A stretch of DNA of 63,982 nt, the filler included, from Hyphochytrium catenoides (lineage: Eukaryota; Protista; Hyphochytriomycota): NCBI GenBank assembly GCA_900088475.1. It is 9 parts of 9 records of this genome, joined end to end, with 100 filler letters (N's around TTAATTAATTAA, not from the genome) between each part and the next. Parts side by side here need not be neighbours in the genome. Positions count along the whole stretch, not along the records: positions 23,682 to 39,036 come from FLMG01003445.1; positions 39,137 to 42,509 come from FLMG01004739.1; positions 42,610 to 48,555 come from FLMG01000903.1; 6 more parts are not named here. One strand, 5' to 3'. Of this stretch, positions 35,713-47,984 are shown piece after piece; the first letter of the stretch is position 1, and every line of letters starts with the position of its first letter. Both the position numbers and the translations under genes were made by a program. Under the pieces are notes generated by a model, which was given only the letters and a program-made list of their open reading frames with translations, had not been told where the DNA came from and searched no databases.

Positions 35713-38349
35713 TTAGTCATTATTCATAGTTGCCAGGGTGTCTTTTGGTCGAGAGACCTCGGCCAGTGCGAGGAGCAGGACATACGCGGAGACACCGTAG
35801 TCATCCCATCGCCAGGTGACTCTTTCCTCTTCTCCTTCCTCCCGGCAGCGGAAGATGGAGACAGTACCGACGCCTTCCAGCACGCTAAGGAGCATTTCCA
35901 AGCCTTCATCGTAACCGCCACTAAGCGGCATTAGGATGGCTTCACAAGAGGTGGAACCTGGCCTGGTGTTCCCATATTTGGTGCAAGTCTTCAGCACTCT
36001 TGCCTGCATCGCTTCTCTTTCCATTGGCGGGGTAGAAGCAGAAGAGATGCCCAGGTACTCTTCGAATTCTTGAACATACAGCTGAGCCTTTTGCAGTGCA
36101 CTGATCATCTTGAAGACAAACCTATGGCAAGCTATAGGGGCCTTCTGCGCGATCCACTGGACAATGTCCCACGAGTGCCCCTCTATCGCAAGTCGTAGTA
36201 AGTCCTCGACTGGAATCCTTTCCTGTGGCGGCATCCACAGCCAGAACAGTTGAAGCAGCTCCAGCTCATGGTTCATTACCGCGACGTAGAGGTCAAGATA
36301 TGACAGTGTTCCCTCGCCTCTGCCTGGTCTGACACCCTCCATTGCAGCATCAATGTTGACTTCAGGATGAGAGACACTGGCGCGCTCTGAGGTTGCCACC
36401 TCCAGTTGTACGGAGTGATATGGTGGCGGCCAGATTGTCCTGAGCTCCGAGGGAGGTCCGGGAGCAGTGGAGAGAAAGAAGCGGATTATGCGCTCAGAAC
36501 CTTCAAAGACTGCCATCCAGAGGACGACTCCTTGGCACTGATGCCAACCGGAGGCAATCGATTCTAAGAACTGAAGCAAGTCCAGGCGGTCCTGTCTTAT
36601 TAATGGAGAGAGACAGAATCCTCCGTCAGGAAAGGAGGAACCATAAGCGGAGAGTGCTTGAGAGAAGAGCTTCTTCGGAGTCATACCCTGGACGGCTTTC
36701 AATATAAGTAGAAGTTCACCGTCTGGATGGCCCAGCTGGTCAAAGAGCCACGTGTCGAGCAACTTCACGGCCTTTTTGGAGGTTAACACGAGCTCAAGGC
36801 ACTTCGTCTGCCCCTTCATGACCAGCATCTTCAGATCTTCATAGCACAGGACGTCTACTAGATCGACCAGCTGAGAATAGTAGCGCTCGCACAAGAAGAG
36901 CTCCACGATAGCGGTATCTGAGCGAAGAAAGGCCCTCTTCACGGCGTCCAATATCTCTGCACCTTCAAAGTCCCATCTCTCTGGCCAGACGGCGGGTAGA
37001 CGGCGCAATAAGCTCACATTTCCGCTGTTAATTGCATTGATAAGAACTCGTCGTCGGATCGCAGTCTCTTCTTTCTTGGCCTCCCGAAGAATAAAGCTCT
37101 CGCGCACTTGGCGAGGGACGCAGACGGTGTACAGCTCCGGAAAGTGTTCTCTAAGCCACCGAAGGACGTCAGAGCCGAGAGTTGGACAGCTCCACGAAGG
37201 GTCTCGAGGCCAGGGTAGCAAGCTAGAGAGGTTCCTTCCGCTTCTCCTGTCCGCCCAAAGGAGAACTTCAAGGCTCCCTTCACCTAGAGCTCTTTCGACA
37301 GTCTCTTCTAGCGTGGGAACCCCAAGCTCGTCTAGCAAGGCGTCTAACAGGTCAGTTTGTCCCCATCGGATTGCCTCCTTGACCAGCAGCGCCAGTCTCC
37401 TTCGCACGAGAGGATGATACTCTTTGTATCTCAGGCACCAGAGCGCGAAGGAAGCCAAGTGCTCAATCAACGCATCAGAATTTCCCAGCTTTCTCTGAAC
37501 GACCTGCTCATCTAGTTGTCCTGTCTCACGAAGCCAGTCCGCAGTCTCTTCCAGGCCCAGGCAATCCATCAACAAAGAGTCCTGGCTCTGTCGCGTCAGT
37601 CGAAAGTACTCTCCTGTCGTCTCTCGGAACCATCTGAGGAAAGAGAGAAGAAGATCACGGCCCTCAGCGCGATAGTCAGGAAGCCGTCCTCGTCTGCCCC
37701 ACTGCCTTAGCGCTTCGATTACCTCTGGGTCTCTTCTTGCCAGCCACGTCGCGACCTCGAGGTTAGGACAGTCCTTGCTGAAGAGATCCTCGATAAGGTT
37801 TCTGGGCAGCGGATGGCCCGTCTCTAGAAGCCATTGGACTTGCTCTACCGTGCATGTGGGCCTCTTGAGCGCCAGGAGAGCTTCCTTTTCACCCTTCTCA
37901 CAGCAGAGATCAACGGCAAAGAAGAGCCGATACCTTGGGCCTGTGTAACCTTCAAGCTCTGGCATGGCGATGGAGCAGCTCCTAGACTGCCGGCCGTGGG
38001 CGTGCAACCATCTGATAAGCTCCCAATCTTCTCCCTTCTTCATAGCCGCCAAAGCTGCTTCGGAGGTGTAAAAGAAGCTCTTCTCTCCTCCCAGACGGTG
38101 CTTCTCCTTCATGAGAGACAGATGACCAGCTTTAACAGCGAGAAGGCCCTCCGCGGGCTTCCAGGCAGTGAACTTCCTCCCCAACTGAAAGGCGGTGATC
38201 TGCAGGACGAGGAAGTGGTTCTGCAGCACCAGGAGCGCGGCTGAGTCGGCCGCATAAGCTTTCTTTTGCTGCCTTGCTGAGAGAGCAGAGTCTCTTCTCA
38301 GGACAGACGGAGAAGCGGTGTCATCCTGGAGGGAGGTGCTGCGCTTCAT
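35713..38349 (-). CDS. Intronless protein of about 880 aa with degenerate ankyrin-like repeats
   Basis: Uninterrupted 2.6-kb ORF. Repeated A-x-x-G-x-L-x-L-x-W-L pattern: AVKAGHLSLMK, AIRWGQTDLLDAL, ALGEGSLEVLLWA, AINSGNVSLLRRL, AIEGHSWDIVQWI. Confidence 0.7.
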   Translation of the reverse strand: MKRSTSLQDDTASPSVLRRDSALSARQQKKAYAADSAALLVLQNHFLVLQITAFQLGRKFTAWKPAEGLLAVKAGHLSLMKEKHRLGGEKSFFYTSEAALAAMKKGEDWELIRWLHAHGRQSRSCSIAMPELEGYTGPRYRLFFAVDLCCEKGEKEALLALKRPTCTVEQVQWLLETGHPLPRNLIEDLFSKDCPNLEVATWLARRDPEVIEALRQWGRRGRLPDYRAEGRDLLLSFLRWFRETTGEYFRLTRQSQDSLLMDCLGLEETADWLRETGQLDEQVVQRKLGNSDALIEHLASFALWCLRYKEYHPLVRRRLALLVKEAIRWGQTDLLDALLDELGVPTLEETVERALGEGSLEVLLWADRRSGRNLSSLLPWPRDPSWSCPTLGSDVLRWLREHFPELYTVCVPRQVRESFILREAKKEETAIRRRVLINAINSGNVSLLRRLPAVWPERWDFEGAEILDAVKRAFLRSDTAIVELFLCERYYSQLVDLVDVLCYEDLKMLVMKGQTKCLELVLTSKKAVKLLDTWLFDQLGHPDGELLLILKAVQGMTPKKLFSQALSAYGSSFPDGGFCLSPLIRQDRLDLLQFLESIASGWHQCQGVVLWMAVFEGSERIIRFFLSTAPGPPSELRTIWPPPYHSVQLEVATSERASVSHPEVNIDAAMEGVRPGRGEGTLSYLDLYVAVMNHELELLQLFWLWMPPQERIPVEDLLRLAIEGHSWDIVQWIAQKAPIACHRFVFKMISALQKAQLYVQEFEEYLGISSASTPPMEREAMQARVLKTCTKYGNTRPGSTSCEAILMPLSGGYDEGLEMLLSVLEGVGTVSIFRCREEGEEERVTWRWDDYGVSAYVLLLALAEVSRPKDTLATMNND

Positions 38350-38414
38350 TGCTCCTTGATGGCGCCCAAGAAGCGGTGGGTCAAGGAAAGAGAGAAGAGT
38401 CAAGGACAGAGAGA

Positions 38415-38482
<68 letters not shown>

Positions 38483-38725
38483 TACTGTCTAGAGATCTAT
38501 CCTCCTTTCATCTCGCTCCTTCAAGCGTTTACAAGCTTCGGCTTCGGGAGGGCCAAGGCTTATCTCTTCTGATCTTCCCCTCGTGCACTTTCGAGATGAG
38601 CCCCTGCTACCTGCAGCTCTCCTCTTTCCCATCTTGCTTCTGATCGCCCTCTTTCCCTTTCTCTCCTTCCTCTCTCTCTCTCTCTCTCTCTCTCNNNNNN
38701 NNNNNNNNNNNNNNNNNNCTCATTC

Positions 38726-38768
<43 letters not shown>

Positions 38769-39036
38769 CACGTTTTCTGTCTCAATATAATCTCCATCTT
38801 TCCTTGCAGCCTTCTCTCCTTTCCTCTCATCTGGCGCTTCATCGTCTTCCCTCTCTTCACCTGGTCAATCTCACACCAGGCGCAGCACTCTCCACGGAAG
38901 AAAAGACTAAGGAGAAAGCGACAGCGTTCTCTAAGTCCTCAAGGAGAGAGACGGCCCCTGATAAAGAGAAACAAAGAGAGAGAGAGAGACTGAGAGAGAG
39001 AGAGTAGAAATGGTCAAGGCAAGAAGCAAGAACCAG

Positions 39037-39136
39037 NNNNNNNNNNNNNNNNNNNNNNNNNNNNNNNNNNNNNNNNNNNNTTAATTAATTAANNNNNNNN
39101 NNNNNNNNNNNNNNNNNNNNNNNNNNNNNNNNNNNN
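39037..39136. other. Artificial contig linker
   Basis: N44-TTAATTAATTAA-N44. Confidence 0.97.
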
Positions 39137-41431
39137 CCTCTCTTTTGCTCTCTCTTCTCCTCCTTCCTCCCTGCTTCTTCTCCTCCCCCTCTCACGTCCT
39201 TCTTCCTTTCTCCCTCTCTTTCTCTCCCTCTCTCCTATCAGTCCTCTCGTTTCTCTTGTTCTTTCTCTCGTCGTCTTCTTTCCCGCTCTCCCCTCATCGC
39301 TTTTCCCGTTTCTTTGTAATTGTAGCTAAACCCTTCTTTCCTCGAACATTTAGACAGACCACGGCAGACCATGAGAAGAGCGCGAGAGGATCGCAAAAAG
39401 CATTAAAAATGCACCAACAGCGTAGAAGACTCTCGCGTTCGGCAGAGGACGGAGGTGAGAGAAGCAGAAAGACTTACAAGGAGAAGAAGAGCCAGCTCTG
39501 ATTTTCGCTGTACAATTCTATGGACGCGACGGGAAAGTGAGGTTGCCATCTCTTGGAAGCACGACCAAGATAGCTATGAGTGAGTTCTCTCTCTCTCTCT
39601 CCTCTTCATCTCTCTGCATCTTTCTCTCTAACTTTTGTCGACCTCCCTTTCCCCCCCCCTGACATCTCCTTCCTCTCCTCTCCTCGGAGTGAAGTCTTTC
39701 TCCAACTTTCTCTCTTTCCCTTTCTGCCCTTCGCTCTGCTGTCTCTGTCTCTCTGCCTCTCTTCGCCCTTTTCAACAAATGAAGCTGCTTGCCACTTGTG
39801 ACGCTGTTCTCTTCTCTCTTTCTTCTGTGGCCCCTTCCCTTTCGTTCCAATATGATTGCTCTTCTTTATCCGGACTCAATGATTCCTTCTTCGTTCTCCT
39901 CGCCAACCTGCTTTGCTCTTCACTGCTGGTTTCCGGGTCTCTCCCCCACGTTCCGCTGGCCAGCTTAGAGCCTGTTCCCCAACTAAGATGCATTGCAGAG
40001 TGAAGGAAATGTGCGCGCAGCTCAGCAGCTCAGCAGCAACAAGCGAAGTTAGATATGCGAGAGAGAGAGAAGAGGGTGAAGAGAACATGAAACCAAGAAG
40101 GAAGAATTAGCTCATCAATATGACCCTCTTTTAAGTCTTCTCTCTCTTCTCCCTCTTTCTCTCTTTTGCTCTCTCGCTCTTTCCGCCTCTCATTTTTATT
40201 ATCACGGTCTCTGTCTCTCGCTTTCTTTCTGTCTCTTCTTTCTTCAGATTTCGCTTCTCTCTAGTATTTCTCTTCCGGAGGCTTCGCTTTAGGATGGGAT
40301 TCAAGCGTATAGTTACCTTTCCTCCACTCTCTCACACCAATATTAGGCAGACCTCTGATCACCCTGAAATGGCCATTTTATTGAGAGAAAGAAGTGAAGG
40401 ATAGATTTGTGAAAAGATGCAGGAGCCAAGACACGGAAGAAGGTACGGCACTTTGTAGCTGGCAATAGTGAAACTTAGTCCTCAATACCTACAGTCAGAC
40501 AGAGGGACGGAGGAGAGAAAGAACGAGAGGGAGCAGAAAAGAGAGAGAGAGGAAATAAAAAGATTGAAACGTGAGGGAAGGGTCGGGGAACAAGAAGAAG
40601 TGAGGCGAAGAAAGTCTATGCTACCGATCGACTGAGGACAGACAGACTTCTGTAAGAAGACAGCAGACAGAGAAGTGAAAGAAGAAAAGATTAGAAGGGA
40701 GGAAGAGATAGAGAAGTGAATGAAGAGAAAGAGAGAAGAGAGGAAGAGAAGAAGAGGGACCATACCTGCTTAGGGCTAGGCTTACCTCCCAGAGGATGCA
40801 GTAGTTAACGTCTTTCCCTCCCTTCAGATGATCTTCTAGCAGAACTATTCTCTACCTCTTGTGCCGTACTACCTGGTGCCTCACTATCGTTCTCCATTCG
40901 TCAAACATCATCACCCTAGTCTATCTTCTCTTCTGAGCTCTTCCATGTGGCAGGTTAACACTTGCTGCAACATCCTCATTTACTAGTAGAGGCGTACATA
41001 GCCCAGGAAGTGGAGATGCTAGCTCACCTTTCAAGTCTTTCTTCAATTTTCTTCACTCACCGTACCGTCGTTTTTCCCCGTTGTCAACTAATAAGGAAAA
41101 AGAGCTGATAACGATACCTCCTTATAAGTAGTCTAGGAGAGATAATGAGAGGGACAGGGAGGAAAAACCATCGCTCTGATACCAACTTTCCCAGATCTAT
41201 CAGAACCCCTAAAGTCTGGTGATCTGAGCGAGAGAAGAAATACAGACGCTCTTTCTTCTCCTTATTTTCTCTCTTTCTCCCTCCTTCTCCTCGTTTTCTC
41301 CTCTTTCTTTTCTCTCTCTCAATCGTCTCTGTTCTCTCTAAGTTCGCTCATCTTCTTTCAGCGCTTCTGCACAGATGACTAATTTACTTTATTGTTCAAC
41401 AGGAGAAGAGAAGAAGGAAATAAGAAACAGC

Positions 41432-41711
41432 TCTTCAACACCAGCACCTTGATTGCTCTTTAGGACTTTGGGCAAAGAGTGAAGGGAGCATCAACGAGCA
41501 CTAAGACTAGGCCTTTGCCCTGGATCGATTAGCCGGCACGGAACTAAGGCTCTGTACTTGAACAAGGACATAGAAAACGGTTCTTCAACACCATCATCTT
41601 GATTGCCCTTTCCTGACTTTGGGCAAAGAGGGTAGCGAGCATCAACGAGCCGTCAGCCTAGGCCTTTGCCCTGGATCCATTAGCAGCACGGAACTAAGGC
41701 TCTGTACTTGA
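41432..41711. repeat. Tandem duplication: two diverged 130-bp copies, 150-bp period
   Basis: TCTTCAACACCA...GACTTTGGGCAAAGAG...CTAGGCCTTTGCCCTGGATC...GCACGGAACTAAGGCTCTGTACTTGA at 41432-41561 and 41582-41711. Confidence 0.9.
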
Positions 41712-42509
41712 GGAGATGCCACAAAGCACAGACGCTCGTTTACAGAGTTTATAGATTGAGGTAGCAAAGGGAACAAAATCAAGTCTATAAAGTACTACCG
41801 AAGAGCGAAAAAGCGCGGAAGAAGAGAGAAGAGCAGCCTATTAAACAGGCTTGCTCTTCTGTGATGTGAAGCAAAAACTTGACTATCGATGATGTTAGAG
41901 CTATAGGAAGAAGCTCCTCTTCAATCCTCTTTTCTTTTATCTAGCATAACTGACGAACATTCCTGACAGTCACTCTTTAATTAGCCCCTGTACGCTGGTA
42001 CTGTCTAGAGCGAATGACCTATCTTGCTCCTCCTACTATTTCCCTCATCAAGGGGGGGTTCTAACTTCAAGGATGTCGTCATTGGCCTGCCCATCCACGT
42101 GCAGACAGTGGTGACCGTTCCATCGGGTTAATTAGTACCTGGCGTACAAAGATCACTTCAACTTTGTGCCTGCCCAGCAGCGAACTCTGCCTTGCAGCTA
42201 GTCGTCGTCGTTCTACTAATTCTGGTTTGTACTTAGCCATAAGAGGCGACCGTGTTGGCGCATGCATGGCAGGCAGCGCCCAACGATTGAAAGACAGCCT
42301 CCTGCTTAGCTAAACGTCTACACTCGGAGTCAGCGAGTGGCTGCCGGAAAGGAGACTTCTCCCTGGCATTTCCTCTTCGCTTTTCCTCACGACGGCTCTT
42401 GATAGTTTCCTAGTGTTACGGTCTACTCTCCTGCTTATGATTATTAGGGTTCCTATTCCTACATCAAAGGATGGCATCATGTAGCCACTCATCTGCCTCT
42501 CTTTTCCTC

Positions 42510-42609
42510 NNNNNNNNNNNNNNNNNNNNNNNNNNNNNNNNNNNNNNNNNNNNTTAATTAATTAANNNNNNNNNNNNNNNNNNNNNNNNNNNNNNNNNNN
42601 NNNNNNNNN
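42510..42609. other. Artificial contig linker
   Basis: N44-TTAATTAATTAA-N44. Confidence 0.97.
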
Positions 42610-43364
42610 GTTCAGCTACTAACAGCCACAAGCGGCGACCAAGAGATTTCTCATCTCCATGCGTCCCCGAGGTTCGTGTGCGGGTGCTCTCTTCCTCGTC
42701 ATGATGGCATCTCCTGCACCTCGGCTCCCTTCAGACTTCCGCCTTCTTCTCCTCATCCATCCGCTGCGCCTGACAGAAGAGTGAGTGGCGAGGAGGTTGG
42801 AGAGGTTGAGACACTAAAGACAAGAGAGACCTTTGAGAAAGGTAGAAAGGAAAAAGTGGGATCGTTTCCCTTTCCTTCCTGTACCGTCAGAGGTCCAGGG
42901 GCACCCACGCGGAAGAATTGCTGGCTGCTGACCATTCAGAGTGAAGGACAAAGGGCTTTCCAGAAGCTGTCAGCAGCGTCATCCAGAGCAAGCACAGAAG
43001 GAAAGGAGGCCGACAGTGCCGCTCATCATAAAAGGACAACCCGCTTTCTTACAGAAAAGCGCGCACTCCCGGCGTGGCCCGGTACTGTTGACACTCCTCC
43101 TCATCAGCTGGCGTCCCTTTGGGAGATAAGCCCACAGCATCCATCAACATACATTTCAGGACAAAGGAGAAACGTCACATCTCTCAGGTCTAAGTCATTC
43201 TCTCGTTATTCTTCTCTTCTCTCTCTCCTCTCGGACCGTTCGCCTCCATCGCTTAATGCCGTTGCTCCCGTCCTAAGGCCTATTATCATCTACTCTGTGG
43301 GACCCAGCTCTCACCGTGTCTTCTTCTGAAGATCTTTGGCCCTTGTGTGCGGTGCAAATAGACG

Positions 43365-45786
43365 ATGATAGACGCTAGTCTCGCAGGCTCGGTCGCTCAA
43401 TGGGCAAAGCCACCGCTCTGCCGCTCTTTTTTGGTCTCATTACTCGTGTGTGCTGGCTTCCTTCCCTGGTTGACTGGCGGCCAGGACACCGCAGCGCCGT
43501 CTCCAACTAACACTACAGATTTGGCGCCGACTACTGAGCCTGCAGTATCGTCTAATCCTGACGCCTCGGGGGTGGAATGGGTTTACTATCCCGCTCTCCT
43601 TATCGTCATCTCTGCCTTTATAGTCAGTCCCATCACCAGTGTCCTCCTCTGGATCCGGAGAGACACGTACCCGCTCTACATCCTCAACACCAAGCTCCTC
43701 ATCATAAATGAGATAACCATGCCACTCAGCGTCTGGGGCGGCGTGCTGAATGTCCTTAACCCAGAGTTTCCTTGCTGGATGTCCATTCTCTGCTGGAATA
43801 TGGGCATTGTCCCTACGTGCCTGACGCTTCTGCTCTCTGTCGCCAAGCTCTACGTAGACCATAGGTTCAACCACGACATGATTCATAACCCCAGAAGCTG
43901 GGTGGTGAAGAACATTGTGAAGATCAGAGCGCCCGCAACCGTCGGTGTCTTCGTCTTTCTCTGCTTCATCTTGACCTGGTTTGCTCCCATGAACCGCGCC
44001 TATCGCGTCAGAGACTACCTTTCCTACAACGAGACGTCCCCTGAATGCTGCGACTGGACTGATGCGGACTACGAGGTAAGCACAAACATCTAAGAAGTGT
44101 TGGCGGAGAGTCATAAAGGCAGAAGAAGCAGAGAAAGAGTGAGAGAGGGTAGCAAGGCCTAGAGAAGTAAGAACGAGCCGGAGAGGGGCTAAAGAGCTGG
44201 TGGACGGCTCAGAAAAGAGAGACAGTGGGTGTGGTTGGCTTAAGAAATAACAGAAGATGAGATGGGCTTAGATGTAAGGACAAGGGAATCGATGGTCATG
44301 CCACTAATCTTTGATGATTTTCTTTCTCTCTTCTTTTTTCTCCGTCCCTCTGCTGCCATGTGTCTCTTCCTTGCTCTCTCTGCCGCCCATCGGGCACCTC
44401 GTCGCTCAAACATAACTTAAAGAATCAATTGGATCTCTTCAACTGGGCTCTCTTCACCTGGACGACAGCCATCTTCGCAATCTACGGTTTGAGAAACGTG
44501 GAAGAAGTATTCAACATGAAGCCCCGCTTCGTAGTAGCGTCCATCTCCATCTGGGCGGGAATCACCGGCTATTACGTCGTTTCCTACTCTCAAGCGCTCA
44601 TGGAGACCGAAACTTTCGTGCAGGTGGCAGGACTGGCCACCTTGGGTTTCTCTCTATCTCTGCATCTCTACAGCTGGTGCCTCCCTGTGTCAGCAGTGTG
44701 GGCGTCATTCGTCTATGAAAGGGAGAGACTCAAGAAGCTTTCCTCTCGCATGACTTCGTCTGCAACCTCGGGAAGAGTTCAGCCGGCAGAGGGAGAGGAT
44801 AGATCAGAAGGACGAGGAGGAGGAGATGGAGAAGACAAAGGAGAAGAGGAAAAAGTAAAGAAGAAGAAGGTGACACCGAAAGAGGAGCTGATCGACCTGA
44901 TGCGCGACAAGGACTTTATCAAGGTCTTCAAGGAATATCTGGTCAGAGAACTCGCGGTAAGTCGCGATGACAGTCAACAACAGCGCTGTCTGATTCTTCT
45001 CATCATCCGTTCTTTCTTTCTTCTAGACGCTATCACCTCTCCTCTCCTGCCTCTATCATATGACGCTTCGATCTTCTTGGTCTTTAAAAGCTTACCATGG
45101 GGCTTCTATCTCTTTATGCCTTCCCACTCTGGTTTTGCCATTAGCGGGGACCATCGTTCTTGTTTTCTTTCTTCTCGCTCTCAGCAGCAGAGGAACCTCC
45201 CCACCCCTCAGCTGATCTCCATGGACTTTCTATGTGCGACACCGCTTCTCCTGGGAGATAGCTCATGACCTCGTTCTTTTGATTAAATTTTGACTGATGA
45301 TGACCTTGATCCCGTCCTGATATATCACTTTCTTCTTTCCCTGTGCTCCTGTCTATCTCTCGCTCTGTGCCCTCTCCCTACTACTTAATCTCTCCTCTGT
45401 GGTGTCTCGCCGTCTCTTTCTCTCTTCGCCGGGTCTCCCTTTTCTCCCCTGCGCAGGTGGAGAATATGTTCTACCTGATCAATTCCTCACAGTTCCGGAA
45501 CAACTCAATCTCTACCACTGAGCGTGACGCACTGGGTGCAATCATGATCCGCGACCATGTGGAGGAGGGCTCCGTCCTCCAGCTGAACATCAGCGAGTCC
45601 ATGCGGACCAGAATGCTGAGAAGCTACAATGAAGCCAAGGGTCAAGGCTTACCTGCCAACTTCTGGGAGGGAGTGGATGAAGAAGTGTTCAAGCTGCTGG
45701 TGGATCCTTACAGAAGATTCAAGGCGTTCAACAAGGAGAGAAAGAGGACCATCAAGGTCCAGCAACAGCACCAACACCAGCATTAA
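43365..45786 (+). CDS. 7TM-RGS protein (seven-transmembrane receptor fused to a Regulator of G-protein Signalling domain); exons 43365-44075, 44423-44956, 45457-45786
   Basis: N-terminal hydrophobic leader and 7 hydrophobic segments, then RGS box FKEYLVRELA|VENMFYL...LQLNISESMR...EEVFKLLVDPYRRF. Phase-0 GT-AG introns. Confidence 0.85.
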
Positions 45787-46909
45787 TAGCATCGTGATCC
45801 ATTCTTTTTGCCTGCGCCAATTGAGCATCTCTCCTCTCTTCTTGTCTGCTGCATGTCTTATACTACCTCGCGCCTTTGAAGAGCCGGCTCACAATCCCTG
45901 CTGGTGAGGATTTACTCTCTCACCTGCTTATGGCTTCAGCACTCTTTCCTTGCTTAGGGTTAGGGCTCAAGTCTCTTTATAGTCTGTTGAAGTCCTCCTC
46001 TCCCTATGCTATTGCACATGATCAAGACCAAAGACTGGCTTGAGTTGGGCAGCTGATTAGAGAAAAGCCAAAGAAGAAGAGACAAAGCCAAGAGAAGTGC
46101 CTACCGCCGTGGGGCCCTAAGATACACTTTCCTTCCTTTGAAAGCAACCTCTCTCGCGGAGTGGAACTAATTTCCCTCGTCAACGTTGCCACCAACAATT
46201 CTTTACATTTTGATCGTTCTGTCTTTCGCGTTTCTATCATTCTCTATTATCTTGGGTCAATCGCGATAAGAGAAATAACAGAGACCCCATAGCGGCACCA
46301 GAGAGAGAGAGGAAGAGAGAGAGAGAAGAGAGAGAGAGAAGGAAGAAGGAACGACGGAGATGCAAAGAAAAGAGAGAAGCTCAATCGCTGTGAGTCGATC
46401 TCGTTGGGCCACGAGGGAGGAATCTTGAGCAAGGAGGAGGAGGATGGAAGAAAATGCATGATCTCCTTCTATCTAGGACAATGAGAGCGCACCTCTGCGG
46501 TCTGGCTACTCTGTTGTTGACGACGAACTCTGTTCTCCTTGAGTCTCTCCGACCGCTGTCCGATCAGTTTTACTTCCTGGCGTGTGTCTCCTCTCCCTTA
46601 TTATCAAGAGACATACCATCTTAAACTGCCCTGACCATGGTTCTCACCCCGCCTCATCATGCTGGTCTCTTTTCTTCTGATCTTGTACTCTATGTCTTCT
46701 AAACCTCACTCCCATCGCCCACGACCGCCGAGGTCTTCCCGCCGCTCTCTTCTAGCCTTGACTCCTCTCGCTGGATTGATTGATGTCTTTTTCTTCTCTT
46801 ACTGCTCCTGCGTCTCTCCCTCGAAGAGGACCCCAGTATATCCTGTTGCCAGCTCCTCCTCCCATCTGCTTCCTTCTATCCCTTGATCCTCGCTCCTCAG
46901 TGGCAGGCT

Positions 46910-47080
46910 CAGCAACAGCGGCAGGAAGGAGCGAGGCAGGCCCAAGCGGCAGCCCTCAGCAACAGCGGCAGGAAGGAGGCAGGCCCAAGCGGCAGCCCTC
47001 AGCAACAGCGGCAGGAAGGAGGCAGGCCCAAGCGGCAGCGTCAGCAACAGCGGCAGGAAGGAGGCAGGCCCAAGCGGCAG
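46910..47080. repeat. GC-rich minisatellite, 4 copies of a 42-47 bp unit
   Basis: CAGCAACAGCGGCAGGAAGGAGGCAGGCCCAAGCGGCAG(CCCT) starting at about 46910, 46957, 47000 and 47042. Confidence 0.9.
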
Positions 47081-47345
47081 TGGCCGCCGCGCCGATCCCG
47101 ACGCTGATCCTCTTTCCCAAGATATCAAGCCGTGTAACCACCACCTGGCAAGCCAAGTAAGAATCGGAAGTAGTTCCATGTGGTTGGGTTTGTGTAGTGG
47201 AATGAACAGTTATATTCGGTTCGTGGCCACTGTTTTCTTATTTTAGAGTAGAGGGAGTGGTTGCGAAGGTGCCCGCTGTAACCCACCCGTCGCGCTTCCT
47301 CTAACCGTTTCATTACCAAGGGTTTTGAACCATCACATGTTCATG

Positions 47346-47387
<42 letters not shown>

Positions 47388-47736
47388 TCTNNNNNNNNNN
47401 NNNNNNNNNNNNNNNNNNNCTCTCTCTCTCTCTCTCTCTCGCTCTCTCTCTCTCTCTCCATATGTACGTGAGTCTCTCTCTTCTTCTCGCTCTCCTCGCT
47501 CTCTCTCACTCTTTCAGTCTTTCTCTCTCTGTCTCTCCACATACAAAAGTCTCTCTTTCTCTCTCTCTCTCTCGCTCTTTTTCTCTCATATCTTCTGCTA
47601 CGCGCTTGGCTCTGATGATTGTTGCGTGACTGGTCTTTATCACCTGCCGACTCCTCCCATCATCGAACCGATGAGCTAATGCACTTCTGCGGTCGTGAAG
47701 GTCAGGCCATCCCTTGACGGCTCTTGGGACTTGAGA

Positions 47737-47775
<39 letters not shown>

Positions 47776-47934
47776 CTTTCGTGATTCCTCTCTTGTCTCC
47801 TCCTCCTTATCTCTTCCCCTAGTCTCACGATCTGGATAAAATCATCTGCTTTTCGTCTGCTTTTCTCCTGGTTTGCTGGTGCTCTAGACCATGCAGTCCC
47901 TTCTGCTGCCCATCATGGGGTTGCAGGTCGTCTC

Positions 47935-47984
<50 letters not shown>

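Noticed and set aside
39137-41400. Protein-coding gene in contig 4
   Set aside because: Some splice-like signals, but no consistent frame or recognisable motif could be assembled.
45954-45966. TTAGGG telomere repeat
   Set aside because: Only two units and internal to a contig.
47125-47319. 64-aa minus-strand ORF with protein-like composition
   Set aside because: Short, no recognisable motif, and no supportable exon partners.
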